64,000 bases of DNA, from NCBI GenBank assembly GCA_028826165.1, contig JAPDFW010000066.1, positions 372,001-436,000 on the forward strand. Reading direction: 5' to 3'. Shown piece after piece: positions 11,476 through 24,436 of this stretch (its first letter is position 1; each line of letters starts with the position of its first letter). Origin of the DNA: Anaeramoeba ignava BMAN. Its lineage: Eukaryota > Protista > Anaeramoebae. The notes beneath the pieces are model-generated. The model was not told the DNA's origin and searched no databases. It worked only from the letters and a program-made list of their open reading frames with translations. A program made the position numbers and the translations under genes.

Positions 11476-13293
11476 ATGAATGATTGTTTATTTTTTGGAA
11501 GAAACCAAAAACCAATTCTTTTCAAAGATGAACCATATAAAATAACAAAACCAATTCAATTTAAATTTGAAAATGAAAATGAAAATGAAAAACAAATTAA
11601 ACAAATTTCAACAAGTTTTTTTGGAACAATTTTCCTTTTTAAAAATGGAAAATCAATAGAATATTTAAATGAAAATAATTCAAATCAAAATCCTTCAAAA
11701 ATTCAAATTGAAGAAAATATTCAAAAAGTAACTGTTGGTAATGAAAATGAAGCTATTTTAACAAAAGAAGGAAATGTATTTGCCAAAGGAAATAATATTA
11801 ATCCAAAAAACCCAAATGAATTTATCAATATTTCATCATTAATTGAAGATAAAAATGATAGAATAATTCAAAATATTGTTTGCGGAAGAGAATCAATTTA
11901 CTTATTAACTTCAAATCAAAATTCTTATGGAATTGGTTCAAATGAATTAAGTCAACTTGGTTTTGGTACTAAAACAATTTATAAAACAGAAAAACCAATT
12001 TTAATGATGAAAAATGTTTCTAAAATATTTTCAGGAAAATGTTCAAGTTATGTTTTTCTTTTAAATTCAAATCAAGAATTATTTGGATGCGGAAATAATG
12101 CAAATGGTCAACTTGGATTAGGAGAATCAAGAAAAAAAGAAGAAGAAATCCAAAAATTAACCAAAATCCAAAATATCCCAAAAGGCAAAATAATTGATAT
12201 TCAATGTGGATATTACCATTCAATAATGTTGATTGAAGATGAAGATCAAAATGAAAATCAAAATCCAAAAAGAAAACTTTATTCATGTGGATATTATAAA
12301 TTTAATGGACTTGGCAAAAATAAAGATACTTATGAATTTACTGAAATCAAATCACCTTTATTTGAAAATTATAATATTATTGATTTTTCTGTTGGATATT
12401 CTCATACTTTGATTTTAACTTCCGAACCAAAATTAATTGGATTTGGTGGTAACTTTTCAGGCGAATTAGGAACTATAAATACAAATAGTCAATTAATTCC
12501 AATTCAAATTGAACTTCCTAAATTAAGATTTAATGAAAATATTTACAATTATCATATTTCTTGTGGATATCATAATTCATTTCTTTATTATTCTCCTCTT
12601 TCTTTTTCCAATCTTGAAGAAGATTTGATAAAACTATTTAGAAGAAAAGAATTTTGTGATATTTCATTTAAAACCGAAAATGGAGAAATAATTGAAGCTC
12701 ATAAATTAATATTGAAATATAGATTAAAAGATTATGAAAATGAAATTGAAAAACTTCAAGAAATTATTTCAAAAAAATCAATTAAAGAATCAAATCAAAT
12801 ATTTGAAATGATTTATTCAAATAATTCCAAAATTAATCCAATATTATATTCTGAAATTAAAGAAATTATAAATTTAAATGAAAAAATTGAAGAAACAATG
12901 AAAAGAATTTATTTAAATGAAAATGAAAATGAAAAAGATTTTATAATTGAAAGAAAAGAAAAACAATATAAATTTCCTAAATTAATATTAATAATGAGAA
13001 GTGAATTATATCGAGGAATGTTTTTATCTGTAACAGATGATACTTCTAATAAAGTTACAGATTATAGTGAATTAAGTAATAAATCATTTGAAATATTTGA
13101 ATATTGGATTTATTCAAATCAAATTAAAGATAAAATTGAAATTACACAAGAAATTATTAATGAAATTAAAACAGGAATTGATTATTTTCAATTAAATCAA
13201 ACATATCCAAATTTATTTGATTTATTAATTAACAAATTTAATAATCAAAATCCAAATCAAATTCAAAAGAAAGAAAAATGTTTAATTTTTTAA
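11476..13293 (+). CDS. RCC1-BTB protein, copy 3, C-terminal CaaX (CLIF)
   Basis: Intact 605-aa paralogue ending KKEKCLIF. Confidence 0.9.
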   Translation: MNDCLFFGRNQKPILFKDEPYKITKPIQFKFENENENEKQIKQISTSFFGTIFLFKNGKSIEYLNENNSNQNPSKIQIEENIQKVTVGNENEAILTKEGNVFAKGNNINPKNPNEFINISSLIEDKNDRIIQNIVCGRESIYLLTSNQNSYGIGSNELSQLGFGTKTIYKTEKPILMMKNVSKIFSGKCSSYVFLLNSNQELFGCGNNANGQLGLGESRKKEEEIQKLTKIQNIPKGKIIDIQCGYYHSIMLIEDEDQNENQNPKRKLYSCGYYKFNGLGKNKDTYEFTEIKSPLFENYNIIDFSVGYSHTLILTSEPKLIGFGGNFSGELGTINTNSQLIPIQIELPKLRFNENIYNYHISCGYHNSFLYYSPLSFSNLEEDLIKLFRRKEFCDISFKTENGEIIEAHKLILKYRLKDYENEIEKLQEIISKKSIKESNQIFEMIYSNNSKINPILYSEIKEIINLNEKIEETMKRIYLNENENEKDFIIERKEKQYKFPKLILIMRSELYRGMFLSVTDDTSNKVTDYSELSNKSFEIFEYWIYSNQIKDKIEITQEIINEIKTGIDYFQLNQTYPNLFDLLINKFNNQNPNQIQKKEKCLIF

Positions 13294-13810
13294 ACAAGAA
13301 ATTATTCAATAAAATCAAAATTAAAATTAAAATTAAAATCAAAATTAAAATTAAAATCAAAATTAAAATCAAAATTAAAATTAAAATTAAAATTAAAATT
13401 AAAATTAAAATTAAAATTAAAATCAAAATTAAAATTAAAATTAAAATTAAAATTAAAATCAAAATTAAAATTAAAAATAAAAATTAAAATTAAAATTAAA
13501 ATTAAAATCAAAATTAAAATTAAAATAAAAATTAAAATTAAAATTAAAAATCAAAATTAAAATTAAAATTAAAATCAAAATTAAAATTAAAATTAAAATT
13601 AAAATTAAAATTAAAAATCAAAATTAAAAATAAAATTAAAATTAAAATAAAAATTAAAATCCAATTTCAAATTGATTTTGTTTTCATTTTTTTTTCACTT
13701 CTCACTCATTTTTCAAAAAATGAAAACCAATTTTTACTTTTTTAATTTTGATTTTAATTTTAATTTTGATTTTAATTTTTACTTTTACTTTTTTAATTTT
13801 AATTTCTTAT

Positions 13811-15650
13811 TTAAAAAATTAAACATTTTCCTTTCTTTTGAATTTGATTTGGGTGTTGAATATTAAATTTGTTGAATTTTTAATTAATAAATCAAATAAA
13901 TTTGGATTATGTTTGATTTAATTGAAAATAATCAATTCCTGTTTTAATTTCATCAATAATTTCTTGTGTAATTTCAATTTCTTCTTTAATTTGATTTGAA
14001 TAAATCCAATATTCAAATATTTCAAATGATTTATTATTTAATTCACTATAATCTGTAACTTTATTAGAAGTATCTTCAGTTACAGATAAAAACATTCCTC
14101 GATATAATTCACTTCTCATTATTAATATTAATTTTGGAAATTTATATTGTTTTTCTTTTCTTTCAATTATAAAATCTTTTTCATTTTCATTTTCATTTTC
14201 ATTTAAATAAATTCTTTTCATTGTTTCTTCAATTTTTTCATTTGAATTTATAATTTCTTTAATTTCAAAATATAATATTGGATTTATTATTCTGTTTGAA
14301 TAAATCATTTCAAATATTTGATTTGATTCTTTAATTGATTTTTTTGAAATAATTTCTTGAAGTTTTTCAATTTGGTTTTCATAATCTTTTAATCTATATT
14401 TCAATATTAATTTATGAGCTTCAATTATTTCTTCATTTTCGGTTTTAAATGAAATATCACAAAATTCTTTTCTTTCAAATAATTTTATCAAATCTTCTTC
14501 AAGATTGGAAAGAGGAGAGTAATAAAGAAATGATTTTCCAAATCCACAAGAAATATGATAATTGTAAATATTTTCATTAAATCTTAATTTAGGAAGTTCA
14601 ATTTGAATTGGAATTAATTGATTATTTGTATCTCCAGTTCCTAATTGGCCAAAATAATTATAACCAAATCCAATTAATTTCCCTTTCATTGTTAAAATCA
14701 AAGCATGAGCATAACCAACTGAAAAATCAAGAATAATATTATCATTTTCAAATAAAGATGATTTGATTTCAGTAAATTCATAAGTATCTTTATTTTTGCC
14801 AAGTCCATTGAACCCATAATCTCCACATGAATAAAGTTTTCTTTTTGGATTTTGATTTTGATTTTCATTTTCTATCAACATTACTGAATGAACATATCCA
14901 CATTGAATATCAATTATTTTCCCTTTTGGAATATTTTGGATTTTGGTTAATTTTTGGATTTTTTCTCCTTTTCTTGATTCTCCTAATCCAAGTTTACCAT
15001 ATTCATTATATCCGCATCCAAATAATTCTTGATTTGAATTTAAAAGAAAAATAAAATCTGAAGAATTTCCTGAAAATATTTTAGAAACATTTTTCATCAT
15101 TAAAATTGGTTTATCTGTTTCTTTAAGTGTTTTAGAATCAAAACCAAGTTGACTTAATTGATTTGAGCCAATTCCATAAGCATTTTGATTTGAAGTTAAT
15201 AAATAAATTGCACGAGATCCAGAAACAATATCTTCAATTATTCTATCATTTGTATCTTCAATTAATGATGAAATGTTGATAAATTCATTTGGATTTTTTG
15301 GGATTAATATCTTCTCCTTTTGCAAATACATTTCCTTCTTTTGTTAAAATAGCTTCATTTTGATAACCAACAGTTACTTTTTGAATATTTTTAATTTGGA
15401 TTTTTGAAGGATTTTGTTTTGAATAATTTAAATATTCTATTGCTTTTTCATTTTTAAAAAGGAAAATTGTTGAAAAATTTAACCTGTTTATTTTTGAAAT
15501 TTTGTAATATATTTTTAATTAATTTTTTCATTTTCATTTTCATTTTTAATTTTGATTTAAATTTTTAATTTTGGTTTTTTTATGATTTTAATTTTTTGGT
15601 TCATTTTTGAAAAGTTTAAAAATTTTGGTTTTTTCCAAAATTTTAAAAAT
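13811..15650 (-). CDS. RCC1-BTB protein, copy 4 (frameshifted; 5' end in degraded sequence)
   Basis: ORF 13907..15331, homologous sequence up to ~15640, and a CLIF-stop at 13825-13811. The start coordinate is approximate. Confidence 0.7.
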
Positions 15651-16032
15651 TTTGATTTTAAATTTTAATTTTTAATTTTTAAAATTTTGAAAAATGATTT
15701 TAAAAAATAATTTTAATTTTGGATTTTTTTTGATTTTAATTTTAATTTTGATTTTTAATTTTAATTTTGATTTTAATTTTGATTTTAATTTTATTTTTTT
15801 TTTAATTTTAATTTTAATTTTGATTTTTAATTTTAATTTTAATTTTAATTTTTAATTTTAATTTTAAAATTTTAATTTTAATTTTAATTTTGATTTTAAT
15901 TTTTAATTTTGATTTTAATTTTAATTTTTTTGATTTTTAATTTTTAATTTTAATTTTGATTTTAATTTTTAATTTTAATTTATTTTAAGTTAATTTTTAA
16001 TTTTAATTTTAATTTTATTAATAATTTATTGT

Positions 16033-17833
16033 TTAAAAAATTAAACATTTTTCTTTCTTTTCTTTCTTTTTAATTTGATTTTGATTTTGATTATTAAATT
16101 TGATAATTAATAAATCAAATAAATTTGGATATGTTTGATTTAATTGAAAATAATCAATTCCTGTTTTAATTTCATTAATAATTTCTTGTGTAATTTCAAT
16201 TTCATTTTTAATTTGATTTGAATAAATCCAATATTCAAATATTTCAAATGATTTATTATTTAATTCACTATAATCTGTAACTTTATTTGATTTATCATTT
16301 GTTACAGATAAAAACATTCCTCGATATAATTCACTTCTCATTATTAATATTAATTTTGGAAATTTATATTGTTTTTCTTTTCTTTCAATTATAAAATCTT
16401 TTTCATTTTCATTTTCATTTAAATAAATTTTTTTCATTGTTTCTTCAATTTTTTCATTTAAATTTATAATTTCTTTAATTTCAGAATATAATATTGGATT
16501 TATTATTCTGTTTGAATAAATCATTTCAAATATTTGATTTGATTCTTTAATTGATTTTTTTGAAATTATTTCTTGAAGTTTTTCAATTTCATTTTGATTT
16601 AATCTATATTTCAATATTAATTTATGAGCTTCAATTATTTCTCCATTTTCGGTTTTAAATGAAATATCACAAAATTCTTTTCTTTCAAATAATTTTATCA
16701 AATCTTCTTCAAGATTGGAAAAGGAGAATAATAAAGAAAGGATTTGTGAAATCCACAAGAAATATGATAATTGTAAATATTTTCATTAAATCTTAATTTA
16801 GGAAGTTCAATTTGGATTGGAATTTTTTGATTTATTGTATCTCCAGTTCCTAATTCACCAAATAGATTACTTCCAAATACTATTAATTTCCCTTTCATTG
16901 TTAAAATCAAAGTATGTTCATTTCCAACAGAAAAATCAAGAATATTATCATTTTCAAATAAAGATGATTTGATTTCAGTAAATTCATAAGTATTTCCATA
17001 TTTTCCAAGTCCATTATTTGAATAATCTCCACATGAATAAAGTTTTCTTTTTGGATTTTGATTTTGATTTTCATTTTCATTTTCAATCAACATTATTGCA
17101 TGAGCAAATCCACATTGAATATCAATTATTTTCCCTTTTGGAATATTTTGGATTTTGGTTAATTTTTGGATTTTTATTTCTTTTTTTCTTGATTTTCCTA
17201 ATCCAAGTTGACCATAAAAATTGTCACCGCATCCAAATAATTCTTGATTTGAATTTAAAAGAAAAATAAAATCTGAAGAATTTCCTGAAAATATTTTAGA
17301 AACATTTTTCATCATTAAAATTGGTTTTTTTGTTATTTTAAGTATTTCAGAATCAAAACTAAGTTGACCATCTTCATTTGAACCAATTCCATAAGCATTT
17401 TGATTTGAAGTTAATAAGTAAATTGAATTATATCCAGAAACAATATCTTGAATTATTCTATCATTTGTATCTTCAATTAATGATGAAATATTGATAAATT
17501 TATTTGGATTTTTTGGATTAATATCTTCTCCTTTGGCAAATACATTTCCTTCTTTTGTTAAAATAGCTTCATTTTGACAACCAACAGTTACTTTTTGAAT
17601 ATTTTTAATTTGGATTTTTGAAGGATTTTGTTTTGAATAATTTAAATATTCTATTGCTTTTCCATTTTTAAAAAGGAAAATTGTTGAAAAGGAACCTGAT
17701 GAAATTTGTTTAATTTGTTTTTCATTTTCATTTTCATTTTCAAATTTAAATTGAATTGGTTTTGTTATTTTATCTGGTTCATTTTTATAAGTTTTGGTAA
17801 TGTATTTTTACCAAAAAATATAATTTCATTCAT
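16033..17833 (-). CDS. RCC1-BTB protein, copy 5 (frameshift near 16720), CLIF end
   Basis: ATG at 17833 (MNEII). ORFs 16698..17315 and 16033..16758 are consecutive parts of the family sequence. Confidence 0.8.
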
Positions 17834-18059
17834 TTTTGAAAAGAAAAAATGAAAAAATAATTTTTGGAATTTTAATTTTAATTTTAATTTTGATTTTAAT
17901 TTTAATTTTGATTTTAATTTTAATTTTAATTTTAATTTTAATTTTAATTTTAATTTTAATTTTTATTTTTAATTTTAATTTTAATTTTAATTTTGATTTT
18001 GATTTTAATTTTAATTTTAAATTTTGATTTTAATTTTAATTTCATTAATAATTTATTGT

Positions 18060-19889
18060 TTAAAAAATTAAACATTTTTCTTTCTTTTCTTTCTTTTTAA
18101 TTTGATTTTGATTTTGATTATTAAATTTATTAATTAATAAATCAAATAAATTTGGATATGTTTGATTTAATTGAAAATAATCAATTCCTCTTTTGATTTC
18201 ATTAATAATTTCTTGTGTAATTTCAATTTCATTTTTAATTTGATTTGAATAAATCCAATATTCAAATATTTGAAATGATTCATTACTTAATTCACTATAA
18301 TCTGTAACTTTATTTGATTTATCATTTGTTACAGATAAAAACATTCCTCGATATAATTCACTTCTCATTATTAATATTAATTTTGGAAATTTATATTGTT
18401 TTTCTTTTCTTTCAATAATAAAATCTTTTTCATTTTCATTTTCATTTTCATTTAAATAAATTCTTTTCATTGTTTCTTCAATTTTTTCATTTGAATTTAT
18501 AATTTCTTTAATTTCGGAATATAATTTTGGATTTATTATTCTGTTTGAATAAATCATTTCAAATATTTGATTTGATTCTTTAATTGATTTTTTTGAAATT
18601 ATTTCTTGAAGTTTTTCAATTTGGTTTTCATTTTGATTTTGATCTTTTAATCTATATTTCAATATTAATTTATGAGCTTCAATTATTTCTTCATTTTCGG
18701 TTTTAAATGAAATATTACAAAATTCTTTTCTTTCAAATAATTTTATCAAATCTTCTTCAAGATTGGAAGAAGGAGAATAATAAAGAAAGGATTTGTGAAA
18801 TCCACAAGAAATATGATAATTGTAAATATATTCATTAAATCTTAATTTAGGAAGTTCAATTTGGATTGGAATTTTTTGATTTATTGTATCTCCAGTTCCT
18901 AATTCACCAAATAGATTACTTCCAAATACTATTAATTTCCCTTTGGAAGTTAAAATCAAAGTATGTTCATTTCCAACAGAAAAATCAAGAATATTATCAT
19001 TTTCAAATAAAGATGATTTGATTTCAGTAAATTCATAAGTATTTCCATATTTTCCAAGTCCGTTATTTGAATAATCTCCACATGAATAAAGTTTTCTTTT
19101 TGGATTTTGATTTTGATTTTCATTTTCATTTTCAATCAACATTATTGCATGAGCAAATCCACATTGAATATCAATTATTTTCCCTTTTGGAATATTTTGG
19201 ATTTTGGTTAATTTTTGGATTTTTATTTCTTTTTTTCTTGATTTTCCTAATCCAAGTTGACCATAAAAATTGTCACCGCATCCAAATAATTCTTGATTTG
19301 AATTTAAAAGAAAAATAAAATCTGAAGAATTTCCTGAAAATATTTTAGAAACATTTTTCATTATTAAAATTGGTTTTTTTGTTATTTTAAGTATTTCAGA
19401 ATCAAAACCAAGTTGACCATTTTGATTTGAACCAATTCCATAAACATTTTGATTTGAAGTTAATAAGTAAAATGAACGAGATCCAGAAACAATGTTTTGA
19501 ATTATTCTATCATTTGTATCTTCAATTAATGATGAAATATTGATAAATTCTTTTGGATTATTTGGATTAATATCTTCTCCTTTAGCAAATACATTTCCTT
19601 CTTTTGTTAAAATAGCTTCATTTTGATAACCAACAGTTACTTTTTGAATATTTTTAATTTGAATTTTTTCAGGATTTTGTTTTGAATAATTTAAATATTC
19701 TATTGCTTTTCCATTTTTAAAAAGGAAAATTGTTGAAAAGTAACTTGATGAAATTTGTTTAATTTCATTTTCATTTTCATTTTCATTTTCATTTTCATTT
19801 TCAAATTGAATTGGTTTTGTTATTTTTTCTGGTTCATTTTTTATAAGTTTTGGTAATATATTTTTACCAAAAAATAAACAATCATTCAT
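18060..19889 (-). CDS. RCC1-BTB protein, copy 6, CLIF end
   Basis: Intact 609-aa ORF. Confidence 0.9.
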   Translation of the reverse strand: MNDCLFFGKNILPKLIKNEPEKITKPIQFENENENENENENEIKQISSSYFSTIFLFKNGKAIEYLNYSKQNPEKIQIKNIQKVTVGYQNEAILTKEGNVFAKGEDINPNNPKEFINISSLIEDTNDRIIQNIVSGSRSFYLLTSNQNVYGIGSNQNGQLGFDSEILKITKKPILIMKNVSKIFSGNSSDFIFLLNSNQELFGCGDNFYGQLGLGKSRKKEIKIQKLTKIQNIPKGKIIDIQCGFAHAIMLIENENENQNQNPKRKLYSCGDYSNNGLGKYGNTYEFTEIKSSLFENDNILDFSVGNEHTLILTSKGKLIVFGSNLFGELGTGDTINQKIPIQIELPKLRFNEYIYNYHISCGFHKSFLYYSPSSNLEEDLIKLFERKEFCNISFKTENEEIIEAHKLILKYRLKDQNQNENQIEKLQEIISKKSIKESNQIFEMIYSNRIINPKLYSEIKEIINSNEKIEETMKRIYLNENENENEKDFIIERKEKQYKFPKLILIMRSELYRGMFLSVTNDKSNKVTDYSELSNESFQIFEYWIYSNQIKNEIEITQEIINEIKRGIDYFQLNQTYPNLFDLLINKFNNQNQNQIKKKEKKEKCLIF

Positions 19890-20029
19890 TTTTAGAAAGA
19901 AAAAAAATGAAAAAATGAAAAAATAATTTTTGGAATTTTAATTTTAATTTTAATTTTAATTTTGATTTTGATTTTGATTTTAATTTTAATTTTAATTTTA
20001 ATTTTAATTTTAATTGAATAATTTATTGT

Positions 20030-21836
20030 TTAAAAAATTAAACATTTTTCTTTCTTTTTAATTTGATTTTGATTATTAAATTTGTTAATTAATAAATCAA
20101 ATAAATTTGGATTTGCTTGATTTAATTGAAAATAATCAATTCCTCTTTTAATTTCATTAATAATTTCTTGTGTAATTTGAATTTCTTCTTTAATTTGATT
20201 TGAATAAATCCAATATTCAAATATTTCAAATGATTTATTATTTAATTCACTATAATCTGTAACTTTATTAGAAGTATCTTCAGTTACAGATAAAAACATT
20301 CCTCGATATAATTCACTTCTCATTATTAATATTAATTTAGGAAATTTATATTGTTTTTCTTTTCTTTCAATTATAAAATCTTTTTCATTTTCATTTTCAT
20401 TTAAATAAATTCTTTTCATTGTTTCTTCAATTTTTTCATTGGAATTTATAATTTCTTTAATTTCAGAATATAATTCTGGATTTATTTTGGAATTATTTGA
20501 ATAAATCATTTCAAATATTTGATTTGATTCTTTAATTGATTTATTTGAAATTATTTCTTGAAGTTTTTCAATTTGGTTTTCATTTTGATTTAATCTATAT
20601 TTCAATATTAATTTATGAGCTTCAATTATTTCTCCATTTTTGGTTTTAAATGAAATATCACAAAATTCTTTTCTTTCAAATAGTTTTATCAAATCTTCTT
20701 CAAGATTGGAAAAAGGAGAATAATAAAGAAAGGATTCATAAAATGCACAAGAAATATGATAATTAGAAATATTTTCATTAAATCTTAATTTAGGAAGTTC
20801 AATTTGAATTGGAATTAAATGATCTTTTCTATCTCCAGTTCCTAATTGACCAAAATAATTATTTCCAAATCCTATTATCTTGAATTGAAGTTAAAATCAA
20901 AGTATGATCATAACCACAAGAAATTTCAATAATATTATCATTATCATTTTCAAATAAAGATGATTTGATTTCAGTAAATTCATAAGTATATCCATCTTTG
21001 CTAAGTTCATTATACCGACAACTTCCACATGAATAAAGTTTTCTTTTTGGATTTTTATTTTCATTTTCAATCAACATTATTGAATGACCATATCCACATT
21101 GAATATCAATTATTTTACCTTTTGGGATATTTTGGATTTTGGTTAATTTATGTATTTTTTTTTCTTTTTCTTGATTCTCCTAATCCAATTTGACCATAAA
21201 AATTGTCACCACATCCAAATAATTCTTGATTTGAATTTAAAAGAAAAACATAACTTGAGGAATTTCCTGAAAATATTTTAGAAACATTTTTCATCATAAA
21301 AATGATTTTTTGAGTTCTTTCAAGTGTTTTAAAATCAAAACCAATTTGACCATAATAATTTGAACCAATTCCATAAGCATTTTGATTTGAAGTTAATAAG
21401 TAAATTGATTTGAATGCACAAACAATATCTTCAATTATTCTATCATTTGTATCTTCAATTAATGATGAAATAATAATAAATTCTTTTGGATTATTTGGAT
21501 TTAATATCTTTTCCTTTTGGCAAATACATTTCCTTCTATTGTTAAAATAGCTTCATTATCATAACCAACAGTTACTTTTTGAATATTTTCTTCAATTTGG
21601 ATTTTTTGAGGATTTTGATTTGAATCATCTTCATTTAAATATTCTATTGCTTTTCCATTTTTAAAAAGGAAAACTGTTGAATAAAAGCCTGTTGAAATTT
21701 GATTAATTTGTTTTTCATTTTCATTTTCATTTTCATTTTCAAATTTAAATTGAATTGGTTTTGTTATAATTTTTTCTGGTTCATTTTCGAAAAGTTTTGG
21801 TTTTTGATTTTGACCAAAAAATATAATTTCATTCAT
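20030..21836 (-). CDS. RCC1-BTB protein, copy 7 (several frameshifts), CLIF end
   Basis: ATG at 21836 (MNEIIFFG). Fragments 21501.., 20859.. and 20030.. are colinear with the family. Confidence 0.75.
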
Positions 21837-21916
21837 TTTGGAAAAGAAAAAAATAATGAAAAATAATTTTTTGAAATTTTTTTTTTCATTTTTTTCTTTT
21901 CCAAAAAAAATCAAAC

Positions 21917-23459
21917 ATGGGAAAACACTTAGTATCTTGGTTTGTAGCAACAACGATATACCTATCGTATGGGGTGATGTTTATATTTGGATATGTAGAA
22001 GAATTTTTATCATATATAAAAAGAAAAGTGCTATTTTTCCAAAAGAAAAAAGAACCGACCCAACCGGTAAAAAAATCAAAACAATTAGCATCGCTCACAA
22101 ATTCGTTCGAGAGCTTTTACATACGGAAGATCTACGCGAAGGTTATTGACACATACAATCGGCCAATCACAACTATTCCTGGGACATGGATTGTAGTTCG
22201 TGATCGTTGGTTTTCAAAGGGAATTGGATCGGAACTTGAGTATACAGGAAAGGAAATCAAGTGCCTCAACATGGGGTCATATAACTATCTAGGGTTTGCC
22301 AAAACAACGGGTAAATGCCACATGGACGTGATAAAAAGTACGGATGAATTTTCGGTTGGCCAATGTTCAACAAGATTGGAATTAGGGACAACTCGGATCC
22401 ACAAGGAATTAGAGGCGGAAATTGCTAAATTCGTGGGAAAGGAGGACGCCATCATCTTCGGCATGGGATTCGCAACAAACTCTACTACCATTCCCTTAAT
22501 GGCAGGCAAAGGTAGCTTGATAATTTCGGACTCCTTAAACCACGCCTCTCTCGTTTGCGGCTCAAGACTGGCTCATGCCCAAATCCGTGTTTTTCAACAC
22601 AATGACTTGAGAAATTTGGAACGCGTTATCCGCGATTCTATCATAAAGGGCCAGCCTAGAAAAAATAGGCCGTGGAAGAAAATAATCATTATTGTTGAGG
22701 GGATTTATTCAATGGAAGGCGAAATTGCGCCGTTGCCGGAAATTGTTCGGTTAAAAAAAAAATATAACTGTCTTCTTTTTGTTGACGAGGCTCATTCCAT
22801 AGGAGCCATCGGTCCCACTGGAAGGGGTATTGTTGAGTATTTTGGCATCAATCCGGATGATGTCGATATTTTAATGGGAACTTTCACAAAATCATTCGGT
22901 TCTGTTGGAGGTTATATTGCAGGAAATAAGGACTTCATCAACTTTCTCAGACTCAAATCTTTCGGCGCGCTTTATGCAGACTCCATGTCTGTGCCCTGCG
23001 TCCAACAAGCCTTATCCGCTTTGAGATTTATCATGTACGACAAAGACGGGAAAAAAACCGTTGAAAAACTTCGTGAAAACTCCAATTATTTCCGCGAACG
23101 TCTTGTCAGAATGGGCTTCGAAGTAATGGGCGATTTCGACTCCCCAGTTATCCCAATCATGCTCTACTGTCCTGCTATCTTCACCACCTTTTCAAGAGAA
23201 TGTCTCCAAAGAGGTCTTGCTGTTGTCGTCGTCGGTTTTCCTGCTACTAATCTTATTGAAACTCGCGCAAGATTTTGTATCAGTTCTGCCCATTCTCCTT
23301 GATGAGCTTAAAAATGCTCTTGATATTATTAGTGAGGTTGGTGATATTCTTATGGCTAAATACAGGAAGGAGATGAATGTTGATCAACAAAAGCTTTTAT
23401 CACCAAGAAAAAAATTTGAAATGCTTCAAAATCAACAACAATCCATTCAAATCAAATAA
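21917..23459 (+). CDS. LCB2: Serine palmitoyltransferase long-chain base subunit 2 (apparent 1-nt frameshift near 23298)
   Basis: Motifs CLNMGSYNYLG, EGIYSMEG, DEAHSIG, PLP-lysine GTFTKSFG and RARFCISSAH. The C-terminus DELKNALDIISEVGD continues in the frame of ORF 23217..23459. Confidence 0.92.
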
Positions 23460-23559
23460 TTTTCTTTTCCTTTTCTTTTTCTTTTTTTTTTCTTTTTTTT
23501 TTAAGAAAACAAATCCAAATTTTTATTTCAAAGAACAAATAAAGTACCAAATGCAATTA

Positions 23560-24140
23560 ATTTTAAATCTAAATCAATTTTAAATCTAAATCAATTTTAA
23601 ATCTAAATCAATTTTAAATCTAAATCAATTTTAAATCTAAATCAATTTTATATCAAATTTTAAATCAAAATTAAATCAATTTTATATCAATTTTAAATCA
23701 ATTTTAAATCAATTTTAAATCAATTTTATATCAATTTTAAATCAATTTTAAATCAATTTTAAATCAATTTTAAATCAATTTTATATCAATTTTATATCAA
23801 TTTTATATCAATTTTAAATCAATTTTAAATCAATTTTAAATCAATTTTAAATCAATTTTATATCAATTTTAAATCAATTTTAAATCAATTTTAAATCAAT
23901 TTTAAATCAATTTTAAATCAATTTTAAATCAATTTTAAATCAATTTTAAATCAATTTTAAATCAATTTTATATCAATTTTAAATCAATTTTAAATCAATT
24001 TTAAATCAATTTTAAATCAATTTTAAATCAATTTTAAATCAATTTTATATCAATTTTAAATCAATTTTAAATCAATTTTAAATCAATTTTATATCAATTT
24101 TAAATCAATTTTAAATCAATTTTAAATCAATTTTAAATCA
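23560..24140. repeat. 17-bp (taaatctaaatcaattt) then 11-bp (attttaaatca)n satellite
   Basis: Direct tandem units visible. Confidence 0.95.
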
Positions 24141-24169
24141 AATTTTGAAAATATCAAAAAAAATCCACT

Positions 24170-24390
24170 TTTTGGTTTTGTTGTTTTTTAATTTTGGTTT
24201 TGCTGTTTTTTAATTTTGGTTTTGCTGTTTTTTAATTTTGGTTTTGTTGTTTTTTAATTTTGGTTTTGTTGTTTTTTAATTTTGGTTTTGTTGTTTTTTA
24301 ATTTTGGTTTTGTTGTTTTTTAATTTTGGTTTTGTTGTTTTTTAATTTTGGTTTTGTTGTTTTTTAATTTTGGTTTTGTTGTTTTTAATT
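24170..24390. repeat. 22-bp minisatellite (aattttggttttgttgtttttt)n
   Basis: About 10 tandem units. Confidence 0.9.
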
Positions 24391-24436
24391 GTTTTGTTGC
24401 GTTCTTGCTTTCCTAAAAAAAAAAAAGGAAAGAAAA

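Noticed and set aside
21917-23459. Higher-GC LCB2 as a horizontal transfer or contamination
   Set aside because: It has eukaryotic-type LCB2 motifs. Higher GC is also seen in other conserved genes here (LBP/BPI, parts of DOCK).
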